The notes under the pieces are model-generated. The model saw nothing but the letters and a program-made list of their open reading frames with translations. It made no database searches and was not told the DNA's origin. A stretch of DNA of 63,510 nt from Candidatus Rokuibacteriota bacterium (GTDB lineage: Bacteria > Methylomirabilota > Methylomirabilia > Rokubacteriales > DASRDR01): positions 1 through 63,510 of the forward strand of contig JBIOTN010000089.1 in assembly GCA_044866005.1 (NCBI GenBank), written 5' to 3'. Every line of letters begins with the position of its first letter. The first letter of the stretch is position 1. The position numbers and the translations under genes were made by a program. Positions 39,028 to 48,058 of this stretch are shown here, one piece after another.

Positions 39028-40238
39028 AGATCACGAAGATCGAGACCTTCGTCGTGGACGCGGGGTGGCGGCCGTGGCAGTTCGTCGCCGTGCGGACCGA
39101 CGAAGGGCTGACCGGCTACGGCGAGTGCTCGGACGGCCGGAACCCCTACGGCGTGGTCGGGGCGGTGCGCGACTTCGAGGCGATCCTCCTGGGCCGTGAC
39201 CCGCGCCCGGTCGAGCTGCTCTACTGGGACCTCTACCGGATGGGGCGGCAGAGCCCGGGGGGGATCGCGGCCAAGGCGATCGCCGGCATCGAGCTCGCGT
39301 GCTGGGACATCAAGGCCAAGGCCCTCGGCGTGCCGGTCTACGCGCTCTGCGGCGGGCCGACGCGCGAGCGGCAGGCGGTCTACTGGTCCCACTGCGGGAC
39401 CTCGCGCGCCCGTCACGCGGCGCTGATCGGGGTGCCGCCCATCCGGACGATGGACGACCTCTTCCGGCTCGGCGAGGAGGTCGTCCGCCGCGGCTACACG
39501 GCGCTCAAGACCAACATCGTCTTCCCGGGGGAGCCGGCGAGCACCTACTTCCCCGGCTTCGGCGGCGGACCCGGGACGATGGACCAGACCCTGACCCCGG
39601 AGCTCCTCGGCCACGTGGAGGCCCAGCTCGGCACCTTCCGCCGCGCCGTGGGGCCGGCGGTCGGCATCGCGCTCGATCTCAACTTCAACTTCAAGCCCGA
39701 GGCGGCCGCGCGCCTGGCGCGTGCGCTCGAGCCGCTCGACCTCATGTGGCTCGAGCTCGACATGTACGACGCGCGGGCCCTCCGCGAGGTGAAGGACCGG
39801 ACGCGCCTGCCCATCTGCTCCGGCGAGAACCTCTTCGGCCTCCGCGGCTACCGCCCGTACTTCGAGGCGCGGGCCATGGACGTGGTGATGGTGGACGTGC
39901 CCTGGAACGGCTTCGCCCAGTCCAGGAAGATCGCCGACCTCGCCGAGAGCTACGAGCTGAACGTCGCCCCCCACAACTACTACAGCCACCTCTCCACGCT
40001 CCACTCGGCGCACCTCTGCGCGTCGGTGGGGAACGTCCGCATCATGGAGATCGACGTGGACGACGTGCCGTGGAAGGACGCGCTGGTGGACCACCCGCCG
40101 GTGGTGGAGCGCGGCGAGCTCGTGATCCCGACGCGACCCGGCTGGGGCGCCGACCTCGACGAGGCCGTGGCGCGGAAGCACGTCTGGGAGCCGGGCCGCC
40201 TCCCCGGCTACTCCGATCCCTCGATGTACCGCCGCTAG
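39024..40238 (+). CDS. Mandelate racemase/muconate lactonizing enzyme family (acid-sugar dehydratase-like)
   Basis: WDIKAKALG, ALKTN, DLN, SGE, APHN, EID. Confidence 0.92.
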   Translation: MKITKIETFVVDAGWRPWQFVAVRTDEGLTGYGECSDGRNPYGVVGAVRDFEAILLGRDPRPVELLYWDLYRMGRQSPGGIAAKAIAGIELACWDIKAKALGVPVYALCGGPTRERQAVYWSHCGTSRARHAALIGVPPIRTMDDLFRLGEEVVRRGYTALKTNIVFPGEPASTYFPGFGGGPGTMDQTLTPELLGHVEAQLGTFRRAVGPAVGIALDLNFNFKPEAAARLARALEPLDLMWLELDMYDARALREVKDRTRLPICSGENLFGLRGYRPYFEARAMDVVMVDVPWNGFAQSRKIADLAESYELNVAPHNYYSHLSTLHSAHLCASVGNVRIMEIDVDDVPWKDALVDHPPVVERGELVIPTRPGWGADLDEAVARKHVWEPGRLPGYSDPSMYRR

Positions 40239-40292
40239 CGTGCCGGCGCGAGGTCGGGCCGATCCTATCCCCGCCTCGAGACGTGGCCTGCA

Positions 40293-40715
40293 ATGACGAC
40301 CGTATTGTTCGCCTGCACGCACAACGCGGGCCGCTCGTAGATGGCGGCCGCATTCTTCAACGCTCTCGCCGACCCGGCCCGCGCCCGGGCCATCTCGGCC
40401 GGGACCGAGCCGGCGGATCGGGTGCATCCCGAGGTCATGGCCGCCATGCGAGAGGTCGGCATCGACCTGGAGGGCGCGACGCCGCGCCGGCTGACGGATG
40501 ATGTCGCCGCGCCGGCCCGCCACCTCATCACCATGGGGTGCGCCGAGGCGTGTCCCGTCGTCCCCGGGGCGCGGACGGAGGACTGGCCCATCGAAGACCC
40601 CAAGGGCCAGCCCCTGGCGCGCGTCCGGACGATCCGGGACGAGGTCCGCCGTCGCGTCGAGCAGTTCGTCGCCGCGGAAGGCTGGGGCCGCCGAGGCGGG
40701 AAATCCCCCGCTTGA
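40293..40715 (+). pseudogene. arsC: LMW-PTP-type arsenate reductase interrupted by in-frame TAG at codon 16
   Basis: MTTVLFACTHNAGRS-TAG-MAAAFFN..SAGT..ITMGCAEACP..DPKGQ; TAG at 40338-40340 replaces the conserved Gln of RSQMA. Confidence 0.85.
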
Positions 40716-40743
40716 CCTGGCCCCTGGGGACAGGGTTTAGGCT
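40712..40743 (+). promoter_or_regulatory. MerR-type promoter/operator
   Basis: TTGACC-N20-TAGGCT with dyad CCTGgCCCC-T-GGGGaCAGG across the long spacer. Confidence 0.8.
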
Positions 40744-40765
40744 GGGTCTCGTGGGTCGTCACGGA

Positions 40766-41245
40766 ATGTGGATCGGCGAGGTGGCCGCCCGAAGCGGCGT
40801 GAGCCGGAAGGCCCTCCGGCTCTACGAGCGGGCCGGCATCCTGGCCCCGTCGTCGCGGACGGCCAGCGGGTATCGGGTCTACGGGGACGACGTGCTGGGC
40901 GTCCTCCGCTTCCTCACGGGAGCGCGGCGGCTCGGCTTCAGCCTGGCCGAGATCAAGGACATCATCGCCTTGAAGCAGACGGGGCAGGCTCCCTGCCCCC
41001 ACGTCCGGACGCTGCTCCAGGCGCGGGTGACCGACCTCGAGCGGACGATGGCCGAGCTGTCGGCGCTGCGGTCCCGGCTGCGCGGCCTGCTCGCCGGATG
41101 GCGAACCCATGAGGGCAAGACCGCGGCCGTCTGCCCCCACATCGAACATCGAGCCGCCGAGAAGAGGAGAAACCATGGAGCGGATGACGGTCTCCCTGTG
41201 TCCCGCGTGCGGCGCCTGCCCCGAGGTCGACGTCCGGGGCGATGA
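40766..41245 (+). CDS. MerR family heavy-metal-responsive regulator
   Basis: IGEVAARSGV..LRLYE..RTASGYR, GFSLAEI, PCPH and VCPHI Cys motifs. Confidence 0.92.
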   Translation: MWIGEVAARSGVSRKALRLYERAGILAPSSRTASGYRVYGDDVLGVLRFLTGARRLGFSLAEIKDIIALKQTGQAPCPHVRTLLQARVTDLERTMAELSALRSRLRGLLAGWRTHEGKTAAVCPHIEHRAAEKRRNHGADDGLPVSRVRRLPRGRRPGR

Positions 41246-41345
41246 AGTCCGGATCGGCGAGGCCGAGAACCTCGTCGTGCTCCGGAAGGACGAGTGGAAC
41301 GTGCTCGTCGAGTTGATCCAGACCGGCCAGCTCGCTAAGCTCTAG
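41175..41345 (+). CDS. 56-aa CxxCxxC microprotein
   Basis: MERMTVSLCPACGACPEV...; GAGGAG RBS; overlaps merR 3' end. Confidence 0.8.
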   Translation: MERMTVSLCPACGACPEVDVRGDEVRIGEAENLVVLRKDEWNVLVELIQTGQLAKL

Positions 41346-41369
41346 GGAGGGGCCGAGAGAGGTGGATGT

Positions 41370-41513
41370 ATGGCGCTGAAGCAAGGCGAACGCTACCGCT
41401 GCCCCGACCCGAAGTGCGGCTGCGAGATCGAAGTGACGAGGGGAGCCGCGCCCGGGGCGGGCGGAAACCTCAATCCCCGCTGCTGCTGCGGGAAAGAGAT
41501 GCAGCGGGTCTGA
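41370..41513 (+). CDS. 47-aa Cys-rich microprotein (desulforedoxin/metallothionein-like), absent from the ORF track
   Basis: MALKQGERYRCPDPKCGCEIEVTRGAAPGAGGNLNPRCCCGKEMQRV*; GAGGTG RBS. Confidence 0.8.
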   Translation: MALKQGERYRCPDPKCGCEIEVTRGAAPGAGGNLNPRCCCGKEMQRV

Positions 41514-41522
41514 TGGCAGGCA

Positions 41523-41554
41523 GGCGAGGAAGGAACCTGGCTTCCTTCCTCGCC
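41523..41554 (+). other. Perfect 13-bp intergenic hairpin without U-tract
   Basis: GGCGAGGAAGGAA-cctggc-TTCCTTCCTCGCC. Confidence 0.7.
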
Positions 41555-41585
41555 CCCATTCCGCATCCCCTCGGAGGTGAGCGCG

Positions 41586-42011
41586 ATGACGTGGAAAGCC
41601 GTAGTCTGTAGCGCGCCGATGCTGGCGCTTCTCGTCGCGGGATCGGCGGCCGCCCAGGCGCAGCCCGGCGGCCAGATGCCGATGGGCGGACAGAGCGGCG
41701 GACAGCCCGGTCCCCACTCCGGTCCCCAGCCCGATCCACTGATGCATGGGCCGATGGGCGGTGGCGGGATGATGGGGGCCATGTGTCCCATGATGGGCGG
41801 CGGGATGATGGGCAGCGGCGGCATGATGGGCAGCGGCGGCATGATGGGCAGCGGCACGATGGGCGGCATGGGGATGGGCATGATGCCGATGATGGGCGGC
41901 AGCCAGGACCCGAAGCTCGTCGGCCGGATGCTCCAGCTGCGGGCCGACATGCTGCGGGCCATGGCCGACGTCCTGGCGAAGCACGGCAAGGCCCTGGAGG
42001 AGGGGAAGTAG
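41586..42011 (+). CDS. Exported Met/Gly-rich protein (putative soft-metal binding)
   Basis: Signal peptide ending AAAQA; repeated GMMGSG; GGAGGTGA RBS. Confidence 0.8.
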   Translation: MTWKAVVCSAPMLALLVAGSAAAQAQPGGQMPMGGQSGGQPGPHSGPQPDPLMHGPMGGGGMMGAMCPMMGGGMMGSGGMMGSGGMMGSGTMGGMGMGMMPMMGGSQDPKLVGRMLQLRADMLRAMADVLAKHGKALEEGK

Positions 42012-42195
42012 CCGCCCCGGCGATCCCTCGGGTTCGCGCGCCTCGTCGCGCCCCCCAGCCCCGCGACGTCCTGCGGCGCGCCCCATCCGCCACGTTGACT
42101 CCGGATCGGCCCTCCTATAGCGTAGAGCCGTTCCGAACACCGCCCTACCGGTCGGCCATCGGACTGGCGACCCGTCCACCACCCGGGAGGACCGC

Positions 42196-44133
42196 ATGCC
42201 ATCGGGCGTGACCGCCAAGCTGCTCCACGTCGACCTCACGACGCGCCAGACGCGGGTGGAGGAAGTCACCGAGACGGTGCTCCGCCAGCACCTGGGCGGC
42301 GGCGCGCTCGCCTGCCACATCCTCCTGCGCGACCTCCCGCCCGGCGTCGAGCCGCTCGGCCCCGACAACGTCCTCGTCTTCATGACCAGCATCATCAACG
42401 GGCTCTCGCTCTCGGGGACGAACCGCTACACGGCGGCGGCGAAGTCTCCGCTCACCGGCGGCTACGGCGAGTCGGAGGCGGGCGGCTGGTGGGGCCCGGA
42501 GCTCCGCTCGGCCGGCTTCGAGGGCGTGGTGATCCGCGGCCAGGCCGACGCGCCCGTCTACCTGTGGATCAAGGACGGCAAGGTCGAGTTCCGCGACGCC
42601 CGCCCCTACTGGGGCAAGCTCTCGGGCGAGGTGCAGGACGGCCTCGAGCAGGAGCTCGGGGACAAGCGGATCCGGGTCCTCCAGACCGGCATCGCGGGGG
42701 AGCGCGGGGTCCGCTTCGCGGCGATCGTGAACCAGCTCAAGCACTTCCACGGCCGGAGCGGGCTCGGCGCGGTCATGGGCCAGAAGCGCCTCAAGGCGAT
42801 CGTCGTCCGGGGCGCCAAGCCCCCGGTGGCGGCGGACAAGGAGGGCGCGCGCGGGGCGCTCACCTGGTTCCGCGAGCACCACGACCGCTCCAAGGACCGC
42901 TTCCACGTCCTGGGCACGGCGGGCGCGGTGCTGGCGCTCGAGGGCACGGGGATCCTGCCGACCCGCAACTTCCGCGACGGCTCCTTCGAGCACGCCCGCG
43001 CCATCAGCGGGCAGACCATGGCCGAGACGATCCTGGTGAACCGCGGCACCTGCTACGCCTGCGCCGTCGCGTGCAAGCGCGAGGTCGCGGTGCCCGAGCT
43101 CGGCGTGACCCCGAAGTTCGGCGGCCCCGAGTACGAGTCGCTGGCCGCCTCGGGCTCGCTCTGCGGCGTCGGCGACCTCAAGGCGCTGGCGAAGATCAAC
43201 CAGCTCCTCGGCCAGTACGTGCTCGACTCCATCTCGACCGGCGCCTCCATCGCCTTCGCCATGGAGTGCTACGAGCAGGGCATCCTGACGAGGGAAACCA
43301 CCGGCGGGCTCGACCTCACCTGGGGGAACGCGGAGGCGGTCGAGCAGCTCGTCCACCAGATCGGCCGGCGCGAGGGGCTGGGCCGGCTCCTCGGCGAGGG
43401 CGTCAAGCGCGCCGCGGCCGAGCTCGGGCGCGGCGCCGAGCGCTTCGCGCTCCACGTCAAGGGGCAGGAGCTGCCGATGCACGACCCGCGCGGGAAGAAG
43501 GGGCTCTCGCTCGCCTACGCGCTCTCGCCGACCGGGGCCGACCACATGGAGGCGCCCCACGACCCGCTCTACGAGGGCTTCCACCCGCAGGGCCACCCGC
43601 TCGGCCCGCTCGGCCTCATCGAGCCCGTCCCCATGCTCGATCTCGGGCCCCGCAAGGTGCGCGCCTTCTTCCTCACCCAGCAAGTGTGGAGCCTCTACAA
43701 CTCGGTCGGCATGTGCGACTTCGTGGGGACGCCGCTGAACGTGCTGGAGCTCGAGCGGCTCGTGGACTACGTCAACCGCGTCACCGGCTGGAACATGAGC
43801 CTCTTCGAGATGCTCAAGGTCGGCGAGCGCGCGAACACGCTGATGCGCCTCTTCAACTGCCGCGAGGGCTTCACGCCGGCCGACGACGTCCTGCCTCAGC
43901 GCATGCACGAGGGGATCGGCAACGGGGCGCTCAAGGGCGAGCGCGTGGACCCCTCCCAGTTCCTCGCCGCGCGTCGCCTCTACTACGAGATGGCCGGCTG
44001 GGATCCGGAGACGGGGCGGCCCACGGCGGCGAAGCTGGCGGAGCTGGCGGTGGACGAGGCCGCGGCGGGCGCGCCGGGCGGGGCGGCCGCGATCCTCACC
44101 GAGGCGTCGTCGCGCGTCGCCCTCGGCGGCTAG
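42196..44133 (+). CDS. Aldehyde ferredoxin oxidoreductase family (tungstopterin) protein
   Basis: KSPLTGG, GRSGLGAVMG.KRLKAI, CYACAVAC, PEYE, HDPRG, GADH. Confidence 0.93.
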   Translation: MPSGVTAKLLHVDLTTRQTRVEEVTETVLRQHLGGGALACHILLRDLPPGVEPLGPDNVLVFMTSIINGLSLSGTNRYTAAAKSPLTGGYGESEAGGWWGPELRSAGFEGVVIRGQADAPVYLWIKDGKVEFRDARPYWGKLSGEVQDGLEQELGDKRIRVLQTGIAGERGVRFAAIVNQLKHFHGRSGLGAVMGQKRLKAIVVRGAKPPVAADKEGARGALTWFREHHDRSKDRFHVLGTAGAVLALEGTGILPTRNFRDGSFEHARAISGQTMAETILVNRGTCYACAVACKREVAVPELGVTPKFGGPEYESLAASGSLCGVGDLKALAKINQLLGQYVLDSISTGASIAFAMECYEQGILTRETTGGLDLTWGNAEAVEQLVHQIGRREGLGRLLGEGVKRAAAELGRGAERFALHVKGQELPMHDPRGKKGLSLAYALSPTGADHMEAPHDPLYEGFHPQGHPLGPLGLIEPVPMLDLGPRKVRAFFLTQQVWSLYNSVGMCDFVGTPLNVLELERLVDYVNRVTGWNMSLFEMLKVGERANTLMRLFNCREGFTPADDVLPQRMHEGIGNGALKGERVDPSQFLAARRLYYEMAGWDPETGRPTAAKLAELAVDEAAAGAPGGAAAILTEASSRVALGG

Positions 44134-44152
44134 GCTCGTCGAAGGGACCGGA
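44089..44152 (+). repeat. Left imperfect 64-bp direct repeat flanking hybrid kinase
   Basis: 56/64 identical to 46499-46562. Confidence 0.85.
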
Positions 44153-44489
44153 AGCCGACCACCCCCCGCCACCCTGGAGACGTCCCCCGGACGACCTCGC
44201 GCGGCGCTGTCCGCGTCCGCCCAACAATCGCCTCGCGTGACCTGCACCACGCTCGTCGTCTCTCCGTCGAGGGCGCGGGCGGTTCCTCGGCACCCGTGTC
44301 GCCCCCTCACCACGGTGAGACGAGGCGGCCGACCACCGGCTGACGACTTGACAGGTTTCTCGGGACTGCGCGACTATCGGCTCCATCGGCTTCGTCGGTC
44401 CCCGAAGCGTGGTCGGGTGACGTCGGGCGGCGAGGCACTCGGCTTCCGCGCGAAGGAGTCTCTCTCTGCGGCTCGTCTTCGACCGGCTC

Positions 44490-46460
44490 GTGGGTCGCGT
44501 CCGCGCGAGCCCGCTGCAGCGCTACGGTCTCGGGGCGACCGCCGCCCTGGTCGCCGCGGTCATCCGTCTCACGCTCGACCCCGTGCTCGCCCTCAAGGTT
44601 CCGTTCATCAGCTTCTATCCCGCGGTGATGCTGGCCGCCTGGCTGGGCGGCGCGCCTGCCGGGCTGGCCTGCGCGGCGGTCTCGGGACTGGTGGCGGACC
44701 TCCTGTGGCTCCCCCCGCGCTGGTCGCTCGCCGTGCAGGAGCCCGGCGACCTCGCGGCGCTGCTGCTGTTCCTCTTCAACACCAGCGTCATCAGCGCCGT
44801 GGGGGAAGCGCTCATGCGTGCCCGCCGACGGGCCGAAGAGGCGGCCGCGGCCGTCACCCGGGAGTCGACCGAGCGGTCCCGCGCCGAGACGGAGCGACGC
44901 CATGCGGAGGAGCGGTTCCGCCGGCTGGCGACCCGCGCGCCGGTGGGGATCTTCGAGACCGATGCCCAGGGCGACTGCCTGTTCGTGAACGAGCGGTGGT
45001 GCGAGCTGGCCGGCCTCTCCCCGGAGGAGGCGGCGGGACGAGGGTGGGTACGGGCCCTCCACCCGCACGACCGCGACCGTGTCTTCGCCGAGTGGTACGA
45101 CGCGGCCCGGACCCGCCGTGAATTCGCATCCGAGTACCGGTTCCAGCGCCCGGACGGGGCGACGTTCTGGCTCTCGGGCGCCGCGACCGCGCTCCGCGAC
45201 GCGGCCGGAGAGGTCATCGGGTACCTCGGCACCATCGCCGACATCACGGAGCGGAAGCAAGCCGAGCTGGAGCGGGCGAAGCTGCTCGACCGCGAGCAGG
45301 CGGCGCGCCTGCGTGCGGAGGAGGCGAGTCGGCTCAAGGACGAGTTCCTCTCCACGGTGTCACACGAGCTGCGGACGCCGCTCAATGCGATCCTCGGTTG
45401 GGCCCAGGTCGTCGCCAGCGGGAAGTGTGACGAGGCCACGCTGCTCCGCGCGGTGGAGGCGATCGGCCGGAACGCGAAGGCGCAGGCCGGATTGATCGAC
45501 GATCTCCTCGACGTGTCGCGGATCATCACGGGGCGTCTGCGTCTGGACTTCCAGGACGTCAACCTGGCCCAGGTGGTGGGCGCGGCGGTCGACACCATCG
45601 CGCCCGCCGCGGAGGCGAAACACGTCGCGATCGAGACGGCCCTGGACCCCGAGGCCGGGCCGGTGTCCGGCGACCCGGCCCGGCTCCAGCAGGTGGTCTG
45701 GAACCTCGTCTCCAATGCCGTCAAGTTCACCCCGGGGCGGGGCCGCGTCACGGTGACGGTCGAGCGGGTCGGTCAGACGGCCGAAATCCGGGTGACGGAT
45801 ACCGGCGAGGGGATCAGTCCCGACTTCCTGCCGCACGTCTTCGACCGGTTTCGCCAGGCCGACAGCTCGACGACCCGGCCGCACGGGGGTCTGGGGCTGG
45901 GGCTCGCCATCGTCCGGTATCTCGTCGAGCTCCACGGCGGCACGGCGCACGCGGCGAGCCCGGGACGGGGACGGGGCGCGACCTTCACGGTGGGCCTGCC
46001 GCTGAAGAGCGAGATCCCGGGACTCTACCGGCCGGTGGCGCAGGGGGACGCGCCGGCGGCGTCTCTCGCCACCGCGCTCGAGGGATTGCGGGTCCTCGTC
46101 GTCGACGACGAAGCGGATACCCGCGAGGTCGTCAGCGCCGCGCTGGGCCAGCGGGGAGCGCACGTGACCGCGGTCGCGTCGGTCGCCGCGGCGCTCGACA
46201 CGCTGCGGCACGGCGCCGCCCACGTCCTGGTCGCCGACATCGCGATGCCGGGCGAGGACGGATATGCATTGATCCGGCGCGTGCGAGCCCTCGAGGCGGC
46301 CGGTGGACGCCGCCTCCCCGCCGTCGCCCTGACCGCGCGCGCCGGACCGGAGGACCGGGAGTCCGCGCTCGCGGCCGGCTTCGACCGCCATCTCGGCAAG
46401 CCGGTCGATGTGGAAGACCTGGCAGCCACGGTCGCGGCCCTCGCTCGAGCGGCCGCGTGA
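44490..46460 (+). CDS. Hybrid sensor kinase (DUF4118-like TM, PAS, HisKA, HATPase, REC)
   Basis: SHELRTPL, NLVSNAVKFT, GGLGLGL, VVDDE..DIAMP..KP. Confidence 0.93.
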   Translation: MGRVRASPLQRYGLGATAALVAAVIRLTLDPVLALKVPFISFYPAVMLAAWLGGAPAGLACAAVSGLVADLLWLPPRWSLAVQEPGDLAALLLFLFNTSVISAVGEALMRARRRAEEAAAAVTRESTERSRAETERRHAEERFRRLATRAPVGIFETDAQGDCLFVNERWCELAGLSPEEAAGRGWVRALHPHDRDRVFAEWYDAARTRREFASEYRFQRPDGATFWLSGAATALRDAAGEVIGYLGTIADITERKQAELERAKLLDREQAARLRAEEASRLKDEFLSTVSHELRTPLNAILGWAQVVASGKCDEATLLRAVEAIGRNAKAQAGLIDDLLDVSRIITGRLRLDFQDVNLAQVVGAAVDTIAPAAEAKHVAIETALDPEAGPVSGDPARLQQVVWNLVSNAVKFTPGRGRVTVTVERVGQTAEIRVTDTGEGISPDFLPHVFDRFRQADSSTTRPHGGLGLGLAIVRYLVELHGGTAHAASPGRGRGATFTVGLPLKSEIPGLYRPVAQGDAPAASLATALEGLRVLVVDDEADTREVVSAALGQRGAHVTAVASVAAALDTLRHGAAHVLVADIAMPGEDGYALIRRVRALEAAGGRRLPAVALTARAGPEDRESALAAGFDRHLGKPVDVEDLAATVAALARAAA

Positions 46461-46498
46461 CCCTGGCGGCGCCGCCTCCCGCTGCGCCGGCGGGAGGC

Positions 46499-46562
46499 GC
46501 GATCCTCACCGAGGCGGCGTCGCGCGGCGCTCTCGGCGGAGGAACTCGTCGAAGGGACCGGA
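46499..46562 (+). repeat. Right 64-bp direct repeat (3' end of beta-propeller gene)
   Basis: 56/64 identical to 44089-44152. Confidence 0.85.
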
Positions 46563-47555
46563 GACCCGGATCACCTCGTTGATCATCCACACCTGACGCT
46601 GGACGGCGATGAGGAAGAGATCCCCCGCGATCCCGGCGCGCCGGGTCTCGGGCGTGATCGGCGCGAACGCAAGGCTCCGGAGCACCGTCCCCTCGGTCGA
46701 GCTGACGAAGTCGAGCCGCCTCCCCTCGGGTGTCACGACGATGACCTGCCCGGTGCGGCGCTGGGCCAGGAAGAGCGCGCCGCCCGGGCCCACGCTGATC
46801 CCGGCCGGAAGCGGGCCCTCCAGGACCAGGCTCGGCCGGCCGCCCGGGGTCACCCGCCAGAGCTGACCGGCGCCGTCCTGGAAGGGCGTGTCCGCCGTCC
46901 CGTCCCCGCCGATCCAGAGGTGCCCGTCCTCGTCGAAGGCCACCACGCGCGCCCGCGTCACGCCCGCGTAATAGGGCTCGCGCGGCTTGCCGGTCGAATC
47001 GAGGCGGACGACGATCCCCTGCTCGCGGTCCGCCACGTAGACGTTCCCGGACGCGTCGAAGGCGAGGCCTTCGGGCTGGCGGAGCAGCGGCGGGCTGCCC
47101 GGCGGGGGCGTCCCGCCGGCAAAGAGCCGGGCGCGACCGTCCTTGAGCCGGTAAAGGGCGCCCAGCCGCCGGTCGCGGTCGTAGGTCGTGACGAAGACGT
47201 CGGCGCCGCGCACCCCGCCGATCTGGGCGTTGCTGAGCGGGGGACCGTAGAAGTACCGCGCCTCGGTCTCCGGCGAGAGGCGGGCGCCGCCGGCGGGGAT
47301 CCGGTAGATCGGCGCGAGGTCCTCGGCTTCCCCGGAGCGGAATCGCGCGCCGACCTTGGCGAGATAGAGGGTGCCGGCGGAATCGAAGCCGAGGGTGCCG
47401 GTCGCCGGGATCCCGCGGACGCCGCGATCCGCGCTCGGGTCGAATCCTTGCCCGCTGACGTAGACCTCGGTGGTGAAGCCCGGCGGCACGACGATCTCGG
47501 CCGACACCGGAGCGGCCACCAGCAGCACGAAGAGGACTGCGAGCCCTACCGACAT
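46506..47555 (-). CDS. Exported NHL/SMP-30-like beta-propeller protein
   Basis: Signal peptide; PEGLAFDASGNVYVAD and related repeats. Confidence 0.8.
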   Translation of the reverse strand: MSVGLAVLFVLLVAAPVSAEIVVPPGFTTEVYVSGQGFDPSADRGVRGIPATGTLGFDSAGTLYLAKVGARFRSGEAEDLAPIYRIPAGGARLSPETEARYFYGPPLSNAQIGGVRGADVFVTTYDRDRRLGALYRLKDGRARLFAGGTPPPGSPPLLRQPEGLAFDASGNVYVADREQGIVVRLDSTGKPREPYYAGVTRARVVAFDEDGHLWIGGDGTADTPFQDGAGQLWRVTPGGRPSLVLEGPLPAGISVGPGGALFLAQRRTGQVIVVTPEGRRLDFVSSTEGTVLRSLAFAPITPETRRAGIAGDLFLIAVQRQVWMINEVIRVSGPFDEFLRRERRATPPR

Positions 47556-47763
47556 GGCAGCGCCTCCTCCGGCTCGCCGCTGGACTCGCGGCAGGCGAGC
47601 CAGCGCCATGCTACCACGCCCTCGCCGCCGCGACGCCGCCCGGCCCGGCGCGTCCGGCCGGTGAAGAAAGCGCGGTGGCAGCGCGTCCAAGCCGGGCGAG
47701 AGGGGCCGGCTCCGGTGTGGCCGGCTCGCACGGCACGGTCCTCTCGTCACCGGGAGGTCAGGC

Positions 47764-47955
47764 ATGAAGCTTCGCGTCGTCAGGTTGGTGCTTGTCCTGG
47801 TGGTCGTCGCCGGCGGCCTCAGCGCGTGTATCCTGGTGCCTGCCCGGCCGGTGTATGCCCCGCCGCCGCCCGTGTACGCCCCGCCGCCGCCACCCGTGTA
47901 CGCCCCGCCGCCGTGCCGCTGGGTCTGGGTGTACAACCACTGGGAGTGTCGCTGA
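47764..47955 (+). CDS. Small proline-rich lipoprotein
   Basis: Lipobox LSAC; (PVYAPPP)x3; GGAGG RBS. Confidence 0.75.
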   Translation: MKLRVVRLVLVLVVVAGGLSACILVPARPVYAPPPPVYAPPPPPVYAPPPCRWVWVYNHWECR

Positions 47956-47960
47956 GTCCC

Positions 47961-48030
47961 TCGGAGGGGGCCTCGACGGCCCCCTCCGATGCCCGGACCG
48001 GTTGCGCCGGCAAAAGCCGGCGCTCGGAGC
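47961..48030. repeat. Bipartite hairpin repeat (family A)
   Basis: TCGGAGGGGGCC-tcgac-GGCCCCCTCCGA plus GCGCCGGC-aaaa-GCCGGCGC. Confidence 0.85.
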
Positions 48031-48058
48031 GCCTTGCTGGGGCGCGCGCGGTTCTCTT

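Noticed and set aside
41511..41554. TGA plus hairpin after the 47-aa Cys-rich protein as possible Sec/SECIS
   Set aside because: The UGA is not in a Cys-motif position and follows a natural CGKEM-type end; the hairpin is better explained as an mRNA stability element
41760..41900. Tandem GGCATGATGGGCAGC repeats as a CRISPR or VNTR
   Set aside because: In-frame coding repeats of the Met/Gly-rich protein; no spacers and no cas genes
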